NCBI GenBank assembly: GCA_018971565.1
Contig: JAGXAO010000002.1
Location: 6,499 to 70,498 of the forward strand
From: Rhodospirillales bacterium
GTDB taxonomy: Bacteria > Pseudomonadota > Alphaproteobacteria > Acetobacterales > Acetobacteraceae
Length of the DNA stretch: 64,000 nucleotides
Direction of reading: 5' to 3'
Below are positions 22,591-32,465 of the stretch, one piece after another. The notes under the pieces were generated by a model, which worked only from the letters and a program-made list of their open reading frames with translations, did no database searches and had not been told where the DNA came from. Made by a program: the position numbers and the translations under genes. Every line of letters begins with the position of its first letter. Within the stretch, counting starts at the first letter, position 1.

Positions 22591-22614
22591 TAAATGTAGC
22601 CTTGGCTACATTTA
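22591..22614. promoter_or_regulatory. MntR-type operator palindrome upstream of mntH
   Basis: Perfect 11-bp arms TAAATGTAGCC-TT-GGCTACATTTA, similar to the E. coli mntH MntR box (AAACATAGC-N4-GCTATGTTT), ending about 45 nt before the likely start. Confidence 0.78.
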
Positions 22615-22658
22615 GACAGGCGCGGCTGAAGCCTCGCGCTTTGGAGTGCCGCGCGGAA

Positions 22659-23939
22659 ATGGACGCAGAGACACAGACTGGCCTGAGCAAACGGACAGAG
22701 GCTGAAATCCGCGCTGTTCTGGCGGGGCACAGGCATGGGCTGGGCACGCCTCTGTTGTTCGTGGGGCCCGCCGTCGTGGCCTCAATAGCCTACATGGACC
22801 CTGGCAATTTTGCGACCAACATTCAGGCGGGGGCGCGGTACAACTACCAGCTTTTGTGGGTCGTGCTGCTGGCCAATCTCATCGCCATGCTGTTCCAGGC
22901 GCTTTCCGCCAAGCTGGGCCTGGTTACCGGCCGCAACCTTGCGGAGCTATGCCGCACCCACCTGCCCCACCCGCTGGTATATGCGATGTGGGGTGTGAGC
23001 GAGGTGGCCGCCATGGCAACCGACCTTGCGGAATTTCTGGGCGGGGCGATCGGGCTTTCGCTGCTGTGCCATCTGCCGCTTTTGGCGGGCATGGTGGTAA
23101 CGGGGTTTGTTACGTATTGCATGCTGCTGCTGGGCGGGCGGGGCTTCCGGCCGATGGAGCTGATGATCGGATTACTCGTTCTGGTTATCGCGGTTTGCTA
23201 TGTGGCGGAGTTGTTTATTGCTCCGGTGGATTGGGCGGCCGCGGCCGCCGGCTCGGTGCTGCCGCGCCTGCCGGATAGCGAGGCACTGACGATTGCGGTC
23301 GGCATTATCGGCGCCACGGTAATGCCGCACGCGCTTTACCTGCATTCCAGCCTTACCCAGCACCGCGTGAGACCCCGCAACGATGAAGAACGCATTATGC
23401 TGCTGCGCTTTTCCAACCGGGAAGTGGTGGCTGCGTTGAGCGTGGCCGGGTTGGTGAATATCGCGATGGTTATGACGGCAGCAGGCGCATTCCATGCCGG
23501 GCATCGTGAGGTTGCGGACATCACCACCGCCTACCACACACTTTCACCCCTGCTGGGCCCCGCCGCTGCGGGTGTGTTTCTGGTTTCATTGATGGCATCT
23601 GGCATTTCATCATCAACCGTCGGCACTATGGCTGGCCAGACGATCATGCAGGGTTTCGCGGGCTTTAAAATTCCCGTTTGGGTGCGCCGGGTGGTAACCA
23701 TGGTGCCTGCCTTCGTGGTGGTAGCCATGGGTGTGGATGCAACAAAGGCGTTGGTGATCAGCCAGGTGGTGCTTTCATTCGCGCTGCCAGTGCCGATGGT
23801 GGCACTGGTGATATTCACCCGCCGGCGGGACATAATGGGGCGCTTTACCAATACCCGGTTGATGAGCGGCACCGCAATTGGCGGCGCTGGCATTATTCTG
23901 GCGTTAAACGCGGTGCTGCTGGTGCAAACGCTCGGTTGA
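22659..23939 (+). CDS. mntH: Nramp family Mn2+/Fe2+ transporter
   Basis: AYMDPGN, GATVMPHALYLHS and GTMAGQ motifs. Start placed at ATG 22659 (MDAETQ). Confidence 0.95.
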   Translation: MDAETQTGLSKRTEAEIRAVLAGHRHGLGTPLLFVGPAVVASIAYMDPGNFATNIQAGARYNYQLLWVVLLANLIAMLFQALSAKLGLVTGRNLAELCRTHLPHPLVYAMWGVSEVAAMATDLAEFLGGAIGLSLLCHLPLLAGMVVTGFVTYCMLLLGGRGFRPMELMIGLLVLVIAVCYVAELFIAPVDWAAAAAGSVLPRLPDSEALTIAVGIIGATVMPHALYLHSSLTQHRVRPRNDEERIMLLRFSNREVVAALSVAGLVNIAMVMTAAGAFHAGHREVADITTAYHTLSPLLGPAAAGVFLVSLMASGISSSTVGTMAGQTIMQGFAGFKIPVWVRRVVTMVPAFVVVAMGVDATKALVISQVVLSFALPVPMVALVIFTRRRDIMGRFTNTRLMSGTAIGGAGIILALNAVLLVQTLG

Positions 23940-23954
23940 TTTTTGAACCTTGGT

Positions 23955-25169
23955 TTACCTGGTCCGGTTGATTTTTAAAAAATTCAACAGAGCGGGCATG
24001 GTGAGCCCCTGCACCACCACCGAAAATACCACCACGCCAAATGTTGCAATGAGCACTTGGTTGCGCATTGGTAGGCTCTGCGGCAGCGAGAGCGCCAAGG
24101 CTAAGCCCAGCGCGCCGCGCAAGCCTCCCCACCAAAGCACATGTTGAAAGCGGAATGGAATACGCCTGGCCGTATGGTTGAACAAGCCGCAAAGCGGGTA
24201 GATGGTTAATGCCCGGCTGGCCAGCACAACAAGGATCACCACCGCCAGTGCATAATTGCCAAGCTCGAGAAACGATATTCCGGCAACGGTAAGGCCAATG
24301 AGCAGAAAGACAAAGGAATTGGCGATGAAGGCCAGGAAATCCCACAGCGCCAGGGTAAATTCACGACCTCTATCCGAAACAAAAACACCCCAGCGGCTGC
24401 CAGAGGCAAGGCCGAGATTGCCCATGAGCAGCCCGGCCGTAACCGTGGCGAGCACCCCGGAGCAGTTGAACCGCACCGCCAGCATGAAAGAGCCATAAGC
24501 CAGCACAGTGGTGACGGCACTTTCCACCAGATGGTCCGTGGTACGCCGCACCGACGCAATGGCAAGCCCGGCACAGACCGCGCCGGAAGCAACACCCCCC
24601 CCAACCGTAACGGCGAGCAGCCGGGCCGCCTGCCCCGAGCCCAGATGCACCTGGCCGGATGCCTGCACCCAGGCCAGCACCAGCGCGAAAAGCACCGCCG
24701 CCACACCGTCGTTAAGCAGGCTTTCGCTTTCCACCAGCAGACGAAGCCGGCCATGCACGCCGTTATCCTTGAACATTGCGATGACGGCGACAGGGTCTGT
24801 CGCCGCGATGAGTACGCCGAACATCAACGATGGCTGCAAGGGCCATTTCATCAACTCGTGGCAGGTGGCGGCGACGATTATCGCTGAGATGATCGTGCCC
24901 GGAATGGCGAGGGTGAGGACGGGCAGCGCATCCTGCCGGAGATCTTTCCACCGGATATTGATGGCGGCTTCAAACAGCAAAGGCGGCAGGATGATTTCGA
25001 AGATGACGTTTTGGGTGAGTGCCACGTCAAGGTGGATGGGACTGAAAGCCAGCACAATTCCCGCAACAACAAGACCGACCGTATAAGGCAGGCGCAGGCG
25101 GCGGGCGATGAGAGCAACAGCTATGGCGACGATCATCATGTCGATCATCGAGGTCATGAAATCGTTCAT
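23955..25169 (-). CDS. CPA1 family Na+/H+ antiporter
   Basis: LPPLLFEAA, ATDPVAV, ESLLNDG and GGLRGAL motifs. Confidence 0.92.
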   Translation of the reverse strand: MNDFMTSMIDMMIVAIAVALIARRLRLPYTVGLVVAGIVLAFSPIHLDVALTQNVIFEIILPPLLFEAAINIRWKDLRQDALPVLTLAIPGTIISAIIVAATCHELMKWPLQPSLMFGVLIAATDPVAVIAMFKDNGVHGRLRLLVESESLLNDGVAAVLFALVLAWVQASGQVHLGSGQAARLLAVTVGGGVASGAVCAGLAIASVRRTTDHLVESAVTTVLAYGSFMLAVRFNCSGVLATVTAGLLMGNLGLASGSRWGVFVSDRGREFTLALWDFLAFIANSFVFLLIGLTVAGISFLELGNYALAVVILVVLASRALTIYPLCGLFNHTARRIPFRFQHVLWWGGLRGALGLALALSLPQSLPMRNQVLIATFGVVVFSVVVQGLTMPALLNFLKINRTR

Positions 25170-25220
25170 CCCGCAGCAATAGCCGCGCTGGAGCAATTTG
25201 TAATACTCAAATGAAGGGCA

Positions 25221-26018
25221 CTAATGATGGATCAGCACCGGCAGATTGAAATTCCGCAGAATTTCGGTCGTGGCACCTCCGAAAATAAACTCTCGTAAGC
25301 GGCTATGCCCGTAGGCACCCATAACCAGCATATCCGCCCCGATTTGCCGGGCCTCGCTTAACAGCGCCTCCCCAATATGCCGCCGCGCCAGCGGAAAATG
25401 CCGGATGGCGGCCGGCCGCCCCCCCTCGCTCAACCGGTGCAGCAGCGCCGCGGGTGGAGATGATGAGCCTGGGCCATGTTCACCGATCAGGATTGTGGTG
25501 CGCTTTGCCCCGAGCAACAATCCGTTGAGAGCCTCAACGGCACGCTCGGCCGCAACGCATTCTTTCTGCCAGGCGATGGCGATATGTTGGCCAAAGTCGC
25601 GCGGCATGGTGCGTGGCACCAGTAAAACAGGCTTGTTTGCTTGAAACAGAAGCGTAGCGAGAATGGTATTGGCTTCTGAATCTCTATGCGGAGTACCCAA
25701 AACCACCAAATCGGCAGTGGCGGCAGCTTCATTCACGATGGTGCTGAGTTTGCCCCTCACCTGCCTTAAATCCGGCGGCCCGGCCCAGCCGGCTACTTTC
25801 TGGACGAGCTGCTGCACAAGCCGGTCCTGCGAGGCTTCAAATTTTTGGTGATGCGCCTCCGTGTAAATGTCCTCTGTGGGCAAGAAATCAGGATCAACCT
25901 CCGGGCGAGGGTAAAGAAGGCTGATTTCCGCCGGGGCGCAGCGGGCAGCAAGACAGGTAGTGGCTGAAAGCACCGAAACGGCAGTAAGCGGGTTGGTGAG
26001 CATTGCCAGGATACGCAT
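25221..26018 (-). CDS. Universal stress protein (tandem USP domains)
   Basis: ADLVVLG, PVLLVP and ADMLVMGAYGHSRLREFIFGGAT...PVL motifs. Confidence 0.9.
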   Translation of the reverse strand: MRILAMLTNPLTAVSVLSATTCLAARCAPAEISLLYPRPEVDPDFLPTEDIYTEAHHQKFEASQDRLVQQLVQKVAGWAGPPDLRQVRGKLSTIVNEAAATADLVVLGTPHRDSEANTILATLLFQANKPVLLVPRTMPRDFGQHIAIAWQKECVAAERAVEALNGLLLGAKRTTILIGEHGPGSSSPPAALLHRLSEGGRPAAIRHFPLARRHIGEALLSEARQIGADMLVMGAYGHSRLREFIFGGATTEILRNFNLPVLIHH

Positions 26019-26021
26019 GGC

Positions 26022-26462
26022 TTACGAAGCTTCTTCTTCGATAATGTTCTGGGTGGCACTCTGGCTGAGCTGCGTGGGCGCACCGCTGAAATGCGAGCCC
26101 AGCGCGTAACCTGCCGCCACCGCCAGCACGCAGAACACCACGGAAATGCTGATATTCAGCATGGCCCGGCCCACTGCGCCACCGCGCAGCAGGTCCAGCG
26201 TTTGCAGGCTGAAGGAGGAAAACGTGGTGAACCCGCCGCAGATGCCCACCATGAAGAAGATGCGGGCGGACTCGGGCAGCGGAAATCGGCCATGGCTTAG
26301 CGTGAGCGAACCAAAAAAACCGATCGCGAATGAGCCGAGAATGTTGATGATAATGGTACCGAGCGGCAGGTTACGGCTGATAGATACAGCGGCCATAGCC
26401 AGCCAGTATCGCCCAACGCTGCCGATGGCGCCGCCGAGGGCAACGAGCAAGGTTTGAAACAT
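26022..26462 (-). CDS. crcB: Fluoride channel Fluc
   Basis: [21 protein letters not shown] and [12 protein letters not shown] motifs; SD AAGGAG at 26476-26471. Confidence 0.95.
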   Translation of the reverse strand: MFQTLLVALGGAIGSVGRYWLAMAAVSISRNLPLGTIIINILGSFAIGFFGSLTLSHGRFPLPESARIFFMVGICGGFTTFSSFSLQTLDLLRGGAVGRAMLNISISVVFCVLAVAAGYALGSHFSGAPTQLSQSATQNIIEEEAS

Positions 26463-26523
26463 TCGCCGGTCTCCTTCCATTTGAAGCGGGGCCGAGGCGA
26501 ACGACTCCCACAGCGCATGATGC

Positions 26524-26578
26524 CTGCAGGAGTCATCGGCTCCCCGAAGGAGCGGTTTTGGGGGACTCCATCCCCATG
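26524..26578 (-). ncRNA. Fluoride (crcB) riboswitch
   Basis: Minus strand reads GGGGATGGAGTCCCCC-AAAACC-GCTCCTTCGGGGAGC-CGATGACTCCTGC, matching the GGxGAUGG...AAxCGC...GAUGAC.CCU fluoride aptamer consensus; directly upstream of crcB. Confidence 0.93.
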
Positions 26579-26614
26579 AGCCTTCTTAACCCATGGATGG
26601 GCGGATGTTCAAGC

Positions 26615-27484
26615 TTACTGGCCGGAGTCCCTGGCGGCGAGAGAGCCGATGGCCGACCAGTCCAACTTCTCACCTCCATTGGCCAGCAGAGTGAGAAAAC
26701 GATCCCGCAGCAGGCTGGCGATTGGCAACGGCACGTTCAGCGCCTCGGCGGCGGCGAGCACCAGCCGGATGTCCTTCTGGCCGAGAGGGGCGGCGAACCC
26801 GGCAGGCTCGAACTTCCGGTCCACCAGCAATTGCCCATAGGTCTTATAGACAGGGGCGTTGAACAGGGTGGAGGTGAGCAGCTCCAAATAGGCTTTTTCG
26901 TCCACCCCACCCTTAGCCACCAGCGCCAGCGCCTCACCCAGCGCTTCGATGACCGAGGCGATAAGAAAATTACCGCTCAGCTTCACGAGGTTGGCGCGGG
27001 GGGGTGTAGTGCTGAGTACAAACACCCGTTGGCCGATGACCTCAAACAGCGGTTGCACGCGGGCGAGCTCCGCCTCCGCGCCTGCCGCGGCAATGAACAA
27101 CTTGGCGGCGGCAGCGGCATCCGGCCGGCCAAACACGGGCGCAGACACAAATTTCTGCCCGGCCTTTTCATGTGCCGTTTGCAGCGCCTCAGCCGTGGCG
27201 ACGCTGATGGTGCTGGAGGATACGTGGATGGCATCTTTTGGCAGATGCGCCAGAACACCGCTTTGCCCGTGCATCACCGCTTCAAGTGCCGCGTCGCTGG
27301 CGAGCATGGTGAACACCACCTCCTTACCCGCGGCAGCCTGACCGGGCGTGGCGGCAATTGGTGCGTCCAGCCCCACCGCCTTGTCCCGCGTGCGGTTATA
27401 GAGCGTCACTTCATGACCGGCCTTGATGAGATTCGCGGCCATGCTATGGCCCATCTGGCCGAGGCCAAGAAAACCGATCTTCAT
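26615..27484 (-). CDS. NAD(P)-dependent oxidoreductase, 3-hydroxyisobutyrate/6PGD-like family
   Basis: GFLGLGQMG, YNRT, SAPVFG, KLSGN and KDIRL motifs. Confidence 0.9.
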   Translation of the reverse strand: MKIGFLGLGQMGHSMAANLIKAGHEVTLYNRTRDKAVGLDAPIAATPGQAAAGKEVVFTMLASDAALEAVMHGQSGVLAHLPKDAIHVSSSTISVATAEALQTAHEKAGQKFVSAPVFGRPDAAAAAKLFIAAAGAEAELARVQPLFEVIGQRVFVLSTTPPRANLVKLSGNFLIASVIEALGEALALVAKGGVDEKAYLELLTSTLFNAPVYKTYGQLLVDRKFEPAGFAAPLGQKDIRLVLAAAEALNVPLPIASLLRDRFLTLLANGGEKLDWSAIGSLAARDSGQ

Positions 27485-27622
27485 GACTTATTCTCCTGTT
27501 TTTGAATTCCAAGAGACGGTCAACGGCCTGGTTTGCTAACTCTATGCCGCCTTGCCGTGCGCGAAACGCACCTTGGAACGCGAGATGTGCTGACGAGATG
27601 GAATATGCCAAATTGGCTGAAA

Positions 27623-27699
27623 TGGTCGGAGCGGCGGGATTCGAACCCACGACCCCCAGTCCCCCAGACTGATGCGCTACCAGGCTGCGCTACGCTCCG
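27623..27699 (-). tRNA. tRNA-Pro(GGG)
   Basis: CGGAGCGTAGCGCAGCCTGGTAGCGC-ATCAGTCT-GGG-GGACTGG...GGTTCGAATCC...CGCTCCGACCA; 77 nt with encoded CCA. Confidence 0.97.
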
Positions 27700-27829
27700 G
27701 CCGTGGGGCGAGGCTGTAGCAGCACAGCGCCGCCGCGCCAAGAGCCAGTGCGCATTCTTTGCACCGTGAAAAACAAAACCGCCGCGTATAAGCCGCGGCG
27801 GTTGGAAAATTTGCAGCAAAATACAAATA

Positions 27830-28456
27830 TCAGTCGAGCGCCCGGCGAAGCTCCTCAAGTGCTGAAAGTGTTTCAGACAAAAGTGCGCGCAGGCGGGTTA
27901 ATTCTTCTTCTCCCACGGCCGCGGCCGCCTGGGGCCGGGCAGGCTCTGGAATCGGCGCAAGGGCGTAGGCCGGTTCGTCCTCATCCGGTAAAAGCCGGTT
28001 GGTAAATTCTTCCAGCTCGGGTTGGGGAAGCGGGTTTGCCGGCGGGAGGCTCGGCGCCCGTTGCATCGAAGGCTCCGGCGGAATCAGGAAGTCCTGTGCG
28101 GGAGGCGGATTGCGTTCTGCCGGTGCATCAGGCGCCATGCCTCCATCCCGCAGCAAGCGCTGCACGCCTTTAATGGTGTAACCCTGCGTATAGAGCAGGT
28201 CCGCCACCCGGCGCAGCAAGCCAACATCTTCCGGCCGGTAATACCGCCGCCCGCCGCCGCGCTTAAGCGGCCGCACCTGGGGAAATTTTGTCTCCCAGAA
28301 GCGCAGCACATGCTGCGGCACGTGCAATTCGTCGGCAACCTCCGAGATGGTGCGAAACGCATCGGCGGCTTTGCGGACCCGGGGACGCCCTGCCTCGTTA
28401 TTCAGGCCGGATGCGGAGCCGTCCTCCAGCTCCGCGTTATACTCTTCATCCACCAT
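27830..28456 (-). CDS. MerR-family HTH regulator with Pro-rich linker
   Basis: AFRTISEVA...[10 protein letters not shown]...GGRRYYRP...GYTIKGVQ; typical ihfA-merR-tRNA-Pro order. Confidence 0.9.
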   Translation of the reverse strand: MVDEEYNAELEDGSASGLNNEAGRPRVRKAADAFRTISEVADELHVPQHVLRFWETKFPQVRPLKRGGGRRYYRPEDVGLLRRVADLLYTQGYTIKGVQRLLRDGGMAPDAPAERNPPPAQDFLIPPEPSMQRAPSLPPANPLPQPELEEFTNRLLPDEDEPAYALAPIPEPARPQAAAAVGEEELTRLRALLSETLSALEELRRALD

Positions 28457-28468
28457 GCGATCCTTCGA

Positions 28469-28783
28469 TTAGTCAGGCTTTGGGCGTGGCGTGGCCGGTT
28501 CGGCATTAACCGCATCCCGCAGCATTTGGCTGGGCCGGAATACCAGAACCCGGCGAGGCAGGATTGGTACTTCCACCCCGGTTTTTGGATTCCTGCCAAC
28601 CCTGCGGCCCTTCTGCCTTACAGAAAAAGTTCCGAAACCGCTGATTTTAACGGATTTGCCAACTTCAAGCGCCTCCGCGATGCGGTTCAGTACATGTTCA
28701 AGAAGATCAGCAGATTCATGCCGCGACAAGCCAACGCTAGCGTAGATCGCCTCGGTGAGCTGTGCCCGGGTCAAAGTGTTCAT
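28469..28783 (-). CDS. ihfA: Integration host factor alpha
   Basis: [16 protein letters not shown] and GRNPKTG...RRVLVFRPS; downstream of fabH. Confidence 0.95.
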   Translation of the reverse strand: MNTLTRAQLTEAIYASVGLSRHESADLLEHVLNRIAEALEVGKSVKISGFGTFSVRQKGRRVGRNPKTGVEVPILPRRVLVFRPSQMLRDAVNAEPATPRPKPD

Positions 28784-28789
28784 TTTGCA

Positions 28790-28831
28790 AGATTAGCATG
28801 AGATGCTTAAGGGTCAACAAGTTACTTGACC
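28790..28831 (-). promoter_or_regulatory. Putative leaderless sigma70 promoter of ihfA with overlapping inverted repeat / IHF-like site
   Basis: Minus strand TTGACC-N16-TAATCT-N6-ATG with no SD. GGTCAA-N8-TTGACC inverted repeat at 28812-28831 includes GGTCAA-CAAG-TTA, a partial match to the IHF consensus WATCAA-N4-TTR. Confidence 0.55.
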
Positions 28832-28901
28832 GATTCGCAATGAATTACGTGCGACTCCTTAAGCCTCGTTGATCTTAAAGAGTTTTGTTCAAGCCTTCGT
28901 T

Positions 28902-29885
28902 TTATAGCCGCAACAGTGCTGAGCCCCATGTCAGGCCGCCGCCAAGGGCTTCCAGCAACAAAAGCTTCCCAGGCACCGCGCGGCCTTCCTGAATCGCATC
29001 TGCCAATGCGAGAGGGATGGAAGCGGCTGAGGTGTTGGCGTGCTTGTGCACCGTGATAACCACACGTTCCGCTGGTAAGCCAAGCTTCTTGCCCACGCCA
29101 TCAATAATGCGCTTGTTCGCCTGGTGCGGCACCAGCAGGTCAATATCATCGGCAGAGAGCTTGTTCTCCGCCAGCGCGTCGTTTACCGCGCCCGCAAGCA
29201 GATTCACAGCGTGGCGGAACACCTCGCGCCCATGCATGACGAGATGACCGGGTTTACGGTTGTCATGGGTTCCACAATCCACATAGAGAATATCGCCCAG
29301 CGAACCATCTGCATAAAGATGCGTGGAGAGCAGGCCAGGGCCGCCCTGCTCTACATCACGCGCTTCCAGCAGCACTGCTCCCGCTCCATCGCCAAACAAC
29401 ACGCAGGTGGTACGGTCCTCGAAATTCAGGAGGCGTGAAAACACCTCTGTTCCGATAACCAGCACGCTTTTCACCTGCCCGGCCCTCAGCATCGCGTCCG
29501 CCACGGAAAGTCCGTAGATGAAACCCGAACAGGCGGCCGAAAGGTCGAACCCGAAGGCTTTTTTAGCCCCCAGGCTGGCTTGAATGCGCACAGCGGTCGC
29601 AGGAAAAGCCTGGTCGGGCGTGGAGGTGGCAACAATGATCGCACCCAGCGATTCAGGGTTTAAGCCAGCCTTCTCCAAGGCCTGGCGCCCGGCTTCGGCT
29701 CCCATATAGGCGGCAGTTTCATGCGGTGCGGCAAAATGGCGTTGCCTGATGCCTGTCCGCTCCACGATCCATTCATCGGAAGTGTCCACGCGTTTTGCCA
29801 TATCCTCATTCGTAAGGATTTGTTCAGGCAAATAGGCGCCAGCACCGGTTAGCACAGCGCGTTTTAAAAGAGATTGGTCAGCCAT
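28902..29885 (-). CDS. fabH: 3-oxoacyl-ACP synthase III
   Basis: AACSGF, PHQAN and NTSAAS catalytic motifs; GGGLTWG. Confidence 0.96.
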   Translation of the reverse strand: MADQSLLKRAVLTGAGAYLPEQILTNEDMAKRVDTSDEWIVERTGIRQRHFAAPHETAAYMGAEAGRQALEKAGLNPESLGAIIVATSTPDQAFPATAVRIQASLGAKKAFGFDLSAACSGFIYGLSVADAMLRAGQVKSVLVIGTEVFSRLLNFEDRTTCVLFGDGAGAVLLEARDVEQGGPGLLSTHLYADGSLGDILYVDCGTHDNRKPGHLVMHGREVFRHAVNLLAGAVNDALAENKLSADDIDLLVPHQANKRIIDGVGKKLGLPAERVVITVHKHANTSAASIPLALADAIQEGRAVPGKLLLLEALGGGLTWGSALLRL

Positions 29886-30930
29886 TACTGTGTATCACCG
29901 GCTCGTCGGAAAGAATGGCGCGGTCCATTGCCGCCAGCGCATCGGCGATATGGCTATTGAAGTCATGGGCTACCATATCCAATGCAACATCCACAGCATG
30001 GGCAAAGCCCAATGCATCCGTGCCGCCATGGGATTTAACGACAACGCCGTTCAGCCCCAACAGTACGGCACCGTTATAACGCCGGGGGTCCAAAGTTTCT
30101 TTTAACCGCTTCAGAGCGCCCCTGGCAAAAATGTAACCCATTTTGGCAAGCGGGCCAGCGTTAAACACACGGCGCAGCAGGTCCCCCACCAATTTTAGGG
30201 CCCCCTCACCTGTTTTTAGCGCCACATTACCAGTAAAGCCGTCAGTTACCACTACATCCACGGTACCGGCGGCGATGTCGTGGCCTTCAACAAACCCATA
30301 AAATTGTTCACTAAACGGGCCTTCCCGAAGCGTGGCTGCGGCATTGCGCAATGTATCATCGCCCTTCCCTTCCTCGGAACCGATGTTGAGAAGGCCGAAG
30401 GTGGGGGTAGGCAACCCCAGCACGATCCGCGCAAAGATCATGCCCATCAGGGCGAATTCAACGAGGTTTCGGGCATCGTAGACCACGTTTAGCCCGAGAT
30501 CGAGCATCACCACATCGCCTTTGGCGGAGGGCGCTGTGGCAGCCATGGCCGGGCGGTCTATGCCCTTCAGAGATTTAAGAACAATTTTGGAGAGGGCAAG
30601 CAAGGCGCCGGTATTACCGGCGGAGACGACGCCCTGCGCATCTCCGGCCAGCACGGCGTCTATGGCACGGCGCATCGAGGAATCCCGCAGGCGCAACGCC
30701 ACGGTCGGCTTCATGTCGCCGGTCACAGCCTCGGTGCAATGGCGCAGTTCGTGGCGCCCGGCGAGATGTTTGGCCGATGCAAGCAACGGGATGAGGCGAG
30801 CCTCATCCCCGAATATAAGAAAAAAAGCGCGCGGCTGGCGTTCCGCGGCGATGTCGAGCCCGGCAATAATGGCGTCTGGCGCGTGGTCACCACCCATGGC
30901 ATCCACTGCCAGTTTACTGCTCTGGCTCAT
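29878..30930 (-). CDS. plsX: Phosphate acyltransferase
   Basis: AVDAMGGDHAP, SAGNTGA, DGFTGNVALK and KSHG motifs. Confidence 0.96.
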   Translation of the reverse strand: MSQSSKLAVDAMGGDHAPDAIIAGLDIAAERQPRAFFLIFGDEARLIPLLASAKHLAGRHELRHCTEAVTGDMKPTVALRLRDSSMRRAIDAVLAGDAQGVVSAGNTGALLALSKIVLKSLKGIDRPAMAATAPSAKGDVVMLDLGLNVVYDARNLVEFALMGMIFARIVLGLPTPTFGLLNIGSEEGKGDDTLRNAAATLREGPFSEQFYGFVEGHDIAAGTVDVVVTDGFTGNVALKTGEGALKLVGDLLRRVFNAGPLAKMGYIFARGALKRLKETLDPRRYNGAVLLGLNGVVVKSHGGTDALGFAHAVDVALDMVAHDFNSHIADALAAMDRAILSDEPVIHSNG

Positions 30931-30985
30931 TTTATCCCTATTTTGGGCTTTTTATCACCGCTTCCAACCATAGCTTAACGCGGGC

Positions 30986-31189
30986 TCAGACGCGGACGAC
31001 GCCCTTAGCTTCCTTGCCGGCACCCACAACCTCACGGCCATCGTAATGGCCGCAATGGGCGCATACATGGTGCGGGCGCTTCAGCTCGCCGCAATTGGAG
31101 CACTCTGCGTGCGCCTCGGCGGAAAGTGCCTGGTGGCTGCGGCGCATGCCTGCGCGCGAAGGGGAGGTTTTTCTTTTAGGAACGGCCAT
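30986..31189 (-). CDS. rpmF: 50S ribosomal protein L32
   Basis: MAVPKRKTS...RRSH...[18 protein letters not shown]. Confidence 0.97.
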   Translation of the reverse strand: MAVPKRKTSPSRAGMRRSHQALSAEAHAECSNCGELKRPHHVCAHCGHYDGREVVGAGKEAKGVVRV

Positions 31190-31282
31190 GACAAAACGCC
31201 TTACAGAATCAGTCTAAGTATTGGAAAGCGCCGCGTAGCAGAGCCCGGCGTGGCTCGCAAGTCATGGCAGATAATTTCGCGG

Positions 31283-31822
31283 TCAGGCTGCGCCAGGTTT
31301 GTTAAACCTGGCGGCCAGGGCCGCAAAAGGATTAGCATTGCCGTCTGTCGCCGTATCCGGCAGGGCGGCAGAGGGTTTGCGGGGGTATGGGTCCAATATC
31401 AGGGCAAGTTGCTCAGCCAGGGCCGCGCCAAGATCCACAATATCGTTCGTGTAAGGGATTTCGTCGGGCGAATCGAGGGCATCCGGGGTAATATCCTCAT
31501 CCAGCGCATCGTCCGCCGGGGCATGGCGCATCGCGGCCTCGGGCACAAAGCGTAAGGCTGCCGTATCCTGAATCGTGACTTCGAAAGGTTCGAGTGTGAC
31601 CACGCAGATCTGAATGACAGAAGCGTTCATTATCAGCGTGGCGGCCAGTATGCCCGACCGCTCATGGTGGAGCGTGAAACGGCCTTCCAGCCGGGAAATT
31701 CCCGGAATGGCACAACGTGCCGCCAGAGCCGCCCTCTGCGCCTCGTTCGCGCTGACGGTGAATATCTGGCTGTTATCCTTGATTTGTGCGGCCTTGACCG
31801 GGTAACTGAGTTCTTCCTGCAT
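31283..31822 (-). CDS. YceD/DUF177 family protein
   Basis: QICVVTLEP, DLG..LAEQLAL.LDPYPR and NPFAALA motifs; upstream of rpmF. Start uncertain (31822 or 31846). Confidence 0.88.
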   Translation of the reverse strand: MQEELSYPVKAAQIKDNSQIFTVSANEAQRAALAARCAIPGISRLEGRFTLHHERSGILAATLIMNASVIQICVVTLEPFEVTIQDTAALRFVPEAAMRHAPADDALDEDITPDALDSPDEIPYTNDIVDLGAALAEQLALILDPYPRKPSAALPDTATDGNANPFAALAARFNKPGAA

Positions 31823-31930
31823 TTGTGTAATATAGAGCTTGCGCATTGACACGTAAGCCCCTGCCGTGAGACCCAAAGGCGCGAGAGATCGCCTCGGTGC
31901 GATTGTTTCTACAAGCTTAAGGATTGAAGC

Positions 31931-32461
31931 GTGCGCCTGACCAAGCTGCCCCAAAGCCTGCTTCTGACCACTCTGCTGGGCGTTTCTGGCTGCGCCGTGT
32001 TCTCCGACACGCCACATTATCGCGGCATTTCGGTTTCACAGAACGAACTTAAGCAACTTACCCCTGGCGTTTCTCAGCAGGCCGATGTGCAGGCCCTGCT
32101 GGGACCGCCGACCTTCATTGAGCAATACGACCCGAACAATTGGGTTTACGTCTCGCAGATCACGAAAATGCGAATTGCCCGTACCGAGGGGGTAACGCAC
32201 CAGACTGTTGTGGTTGTAACCTTTAATAACGACGGCTCCTTTGAATCCGCGACCCGTAAGACGCTGGGCGATGCCGTACCCGTTTCCATGGACAGCAAAC
32301 AAACACCCGTGCCAGGCGGTACCCCGGGGTTCCTCCAGCAGCTTATTGGCGGTGTTGGCAGTTACAGCCCGTTGGGTAACGCGGCCGATACTTCAGGCGC
32401 CAATGGCGCCGCGGCGCTTGGCGGCAATGGCGCTTCCAGCGGCCTCGGCAGCGGTTTCTAA
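31931..32461 (+). CDS. bamE: Outer membrane protein assembly lipoprotein BamE (SmpA/OmlA)
   Basis: Lipobox VSGC; V..LLGPP and WVYVSQ motifs; divergent from yceD as in other alphaproteobacteria. Confidence 0.88.
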   Translation: MRLTKLPQSLLLTTLLGVSGCAVFSDTPHYRGISVSQNELKQLTPGVSQQADVQALLGPPTFIEQYDPNNWVYVSQITKMRIARTEGVTHQTVVVVTFNNDGSFESATRKTLGDAVPVSMDSKQTPVPGGTPGFLQQLIGGVGSYSPLGNAADTSGANGAAALGGNGASSGLGSGF

Positions 32462-32465
32462 GCCG

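Noticed and set aside
21384..22736. 450-aa minus-strand ORF
   Set aside because: Antisense to mazG and the carbonic anhydrase gene; no domain signal.
21960..27699. Possible genomic islet integrated at the 3' end of tRNA-Pro
   Set aside because: Accessory-type genes lie 3' of the tRNA, but I found no integrase and no duplicated tRNA 3' end (att site) by eye.
32241..32465. N-terminal extension of the PhoX-like ORF overlapping bamE
   Set aside because: The signal-peptide-like sequence begins at GTG 32466; the extension is an alternative frame of bamE.
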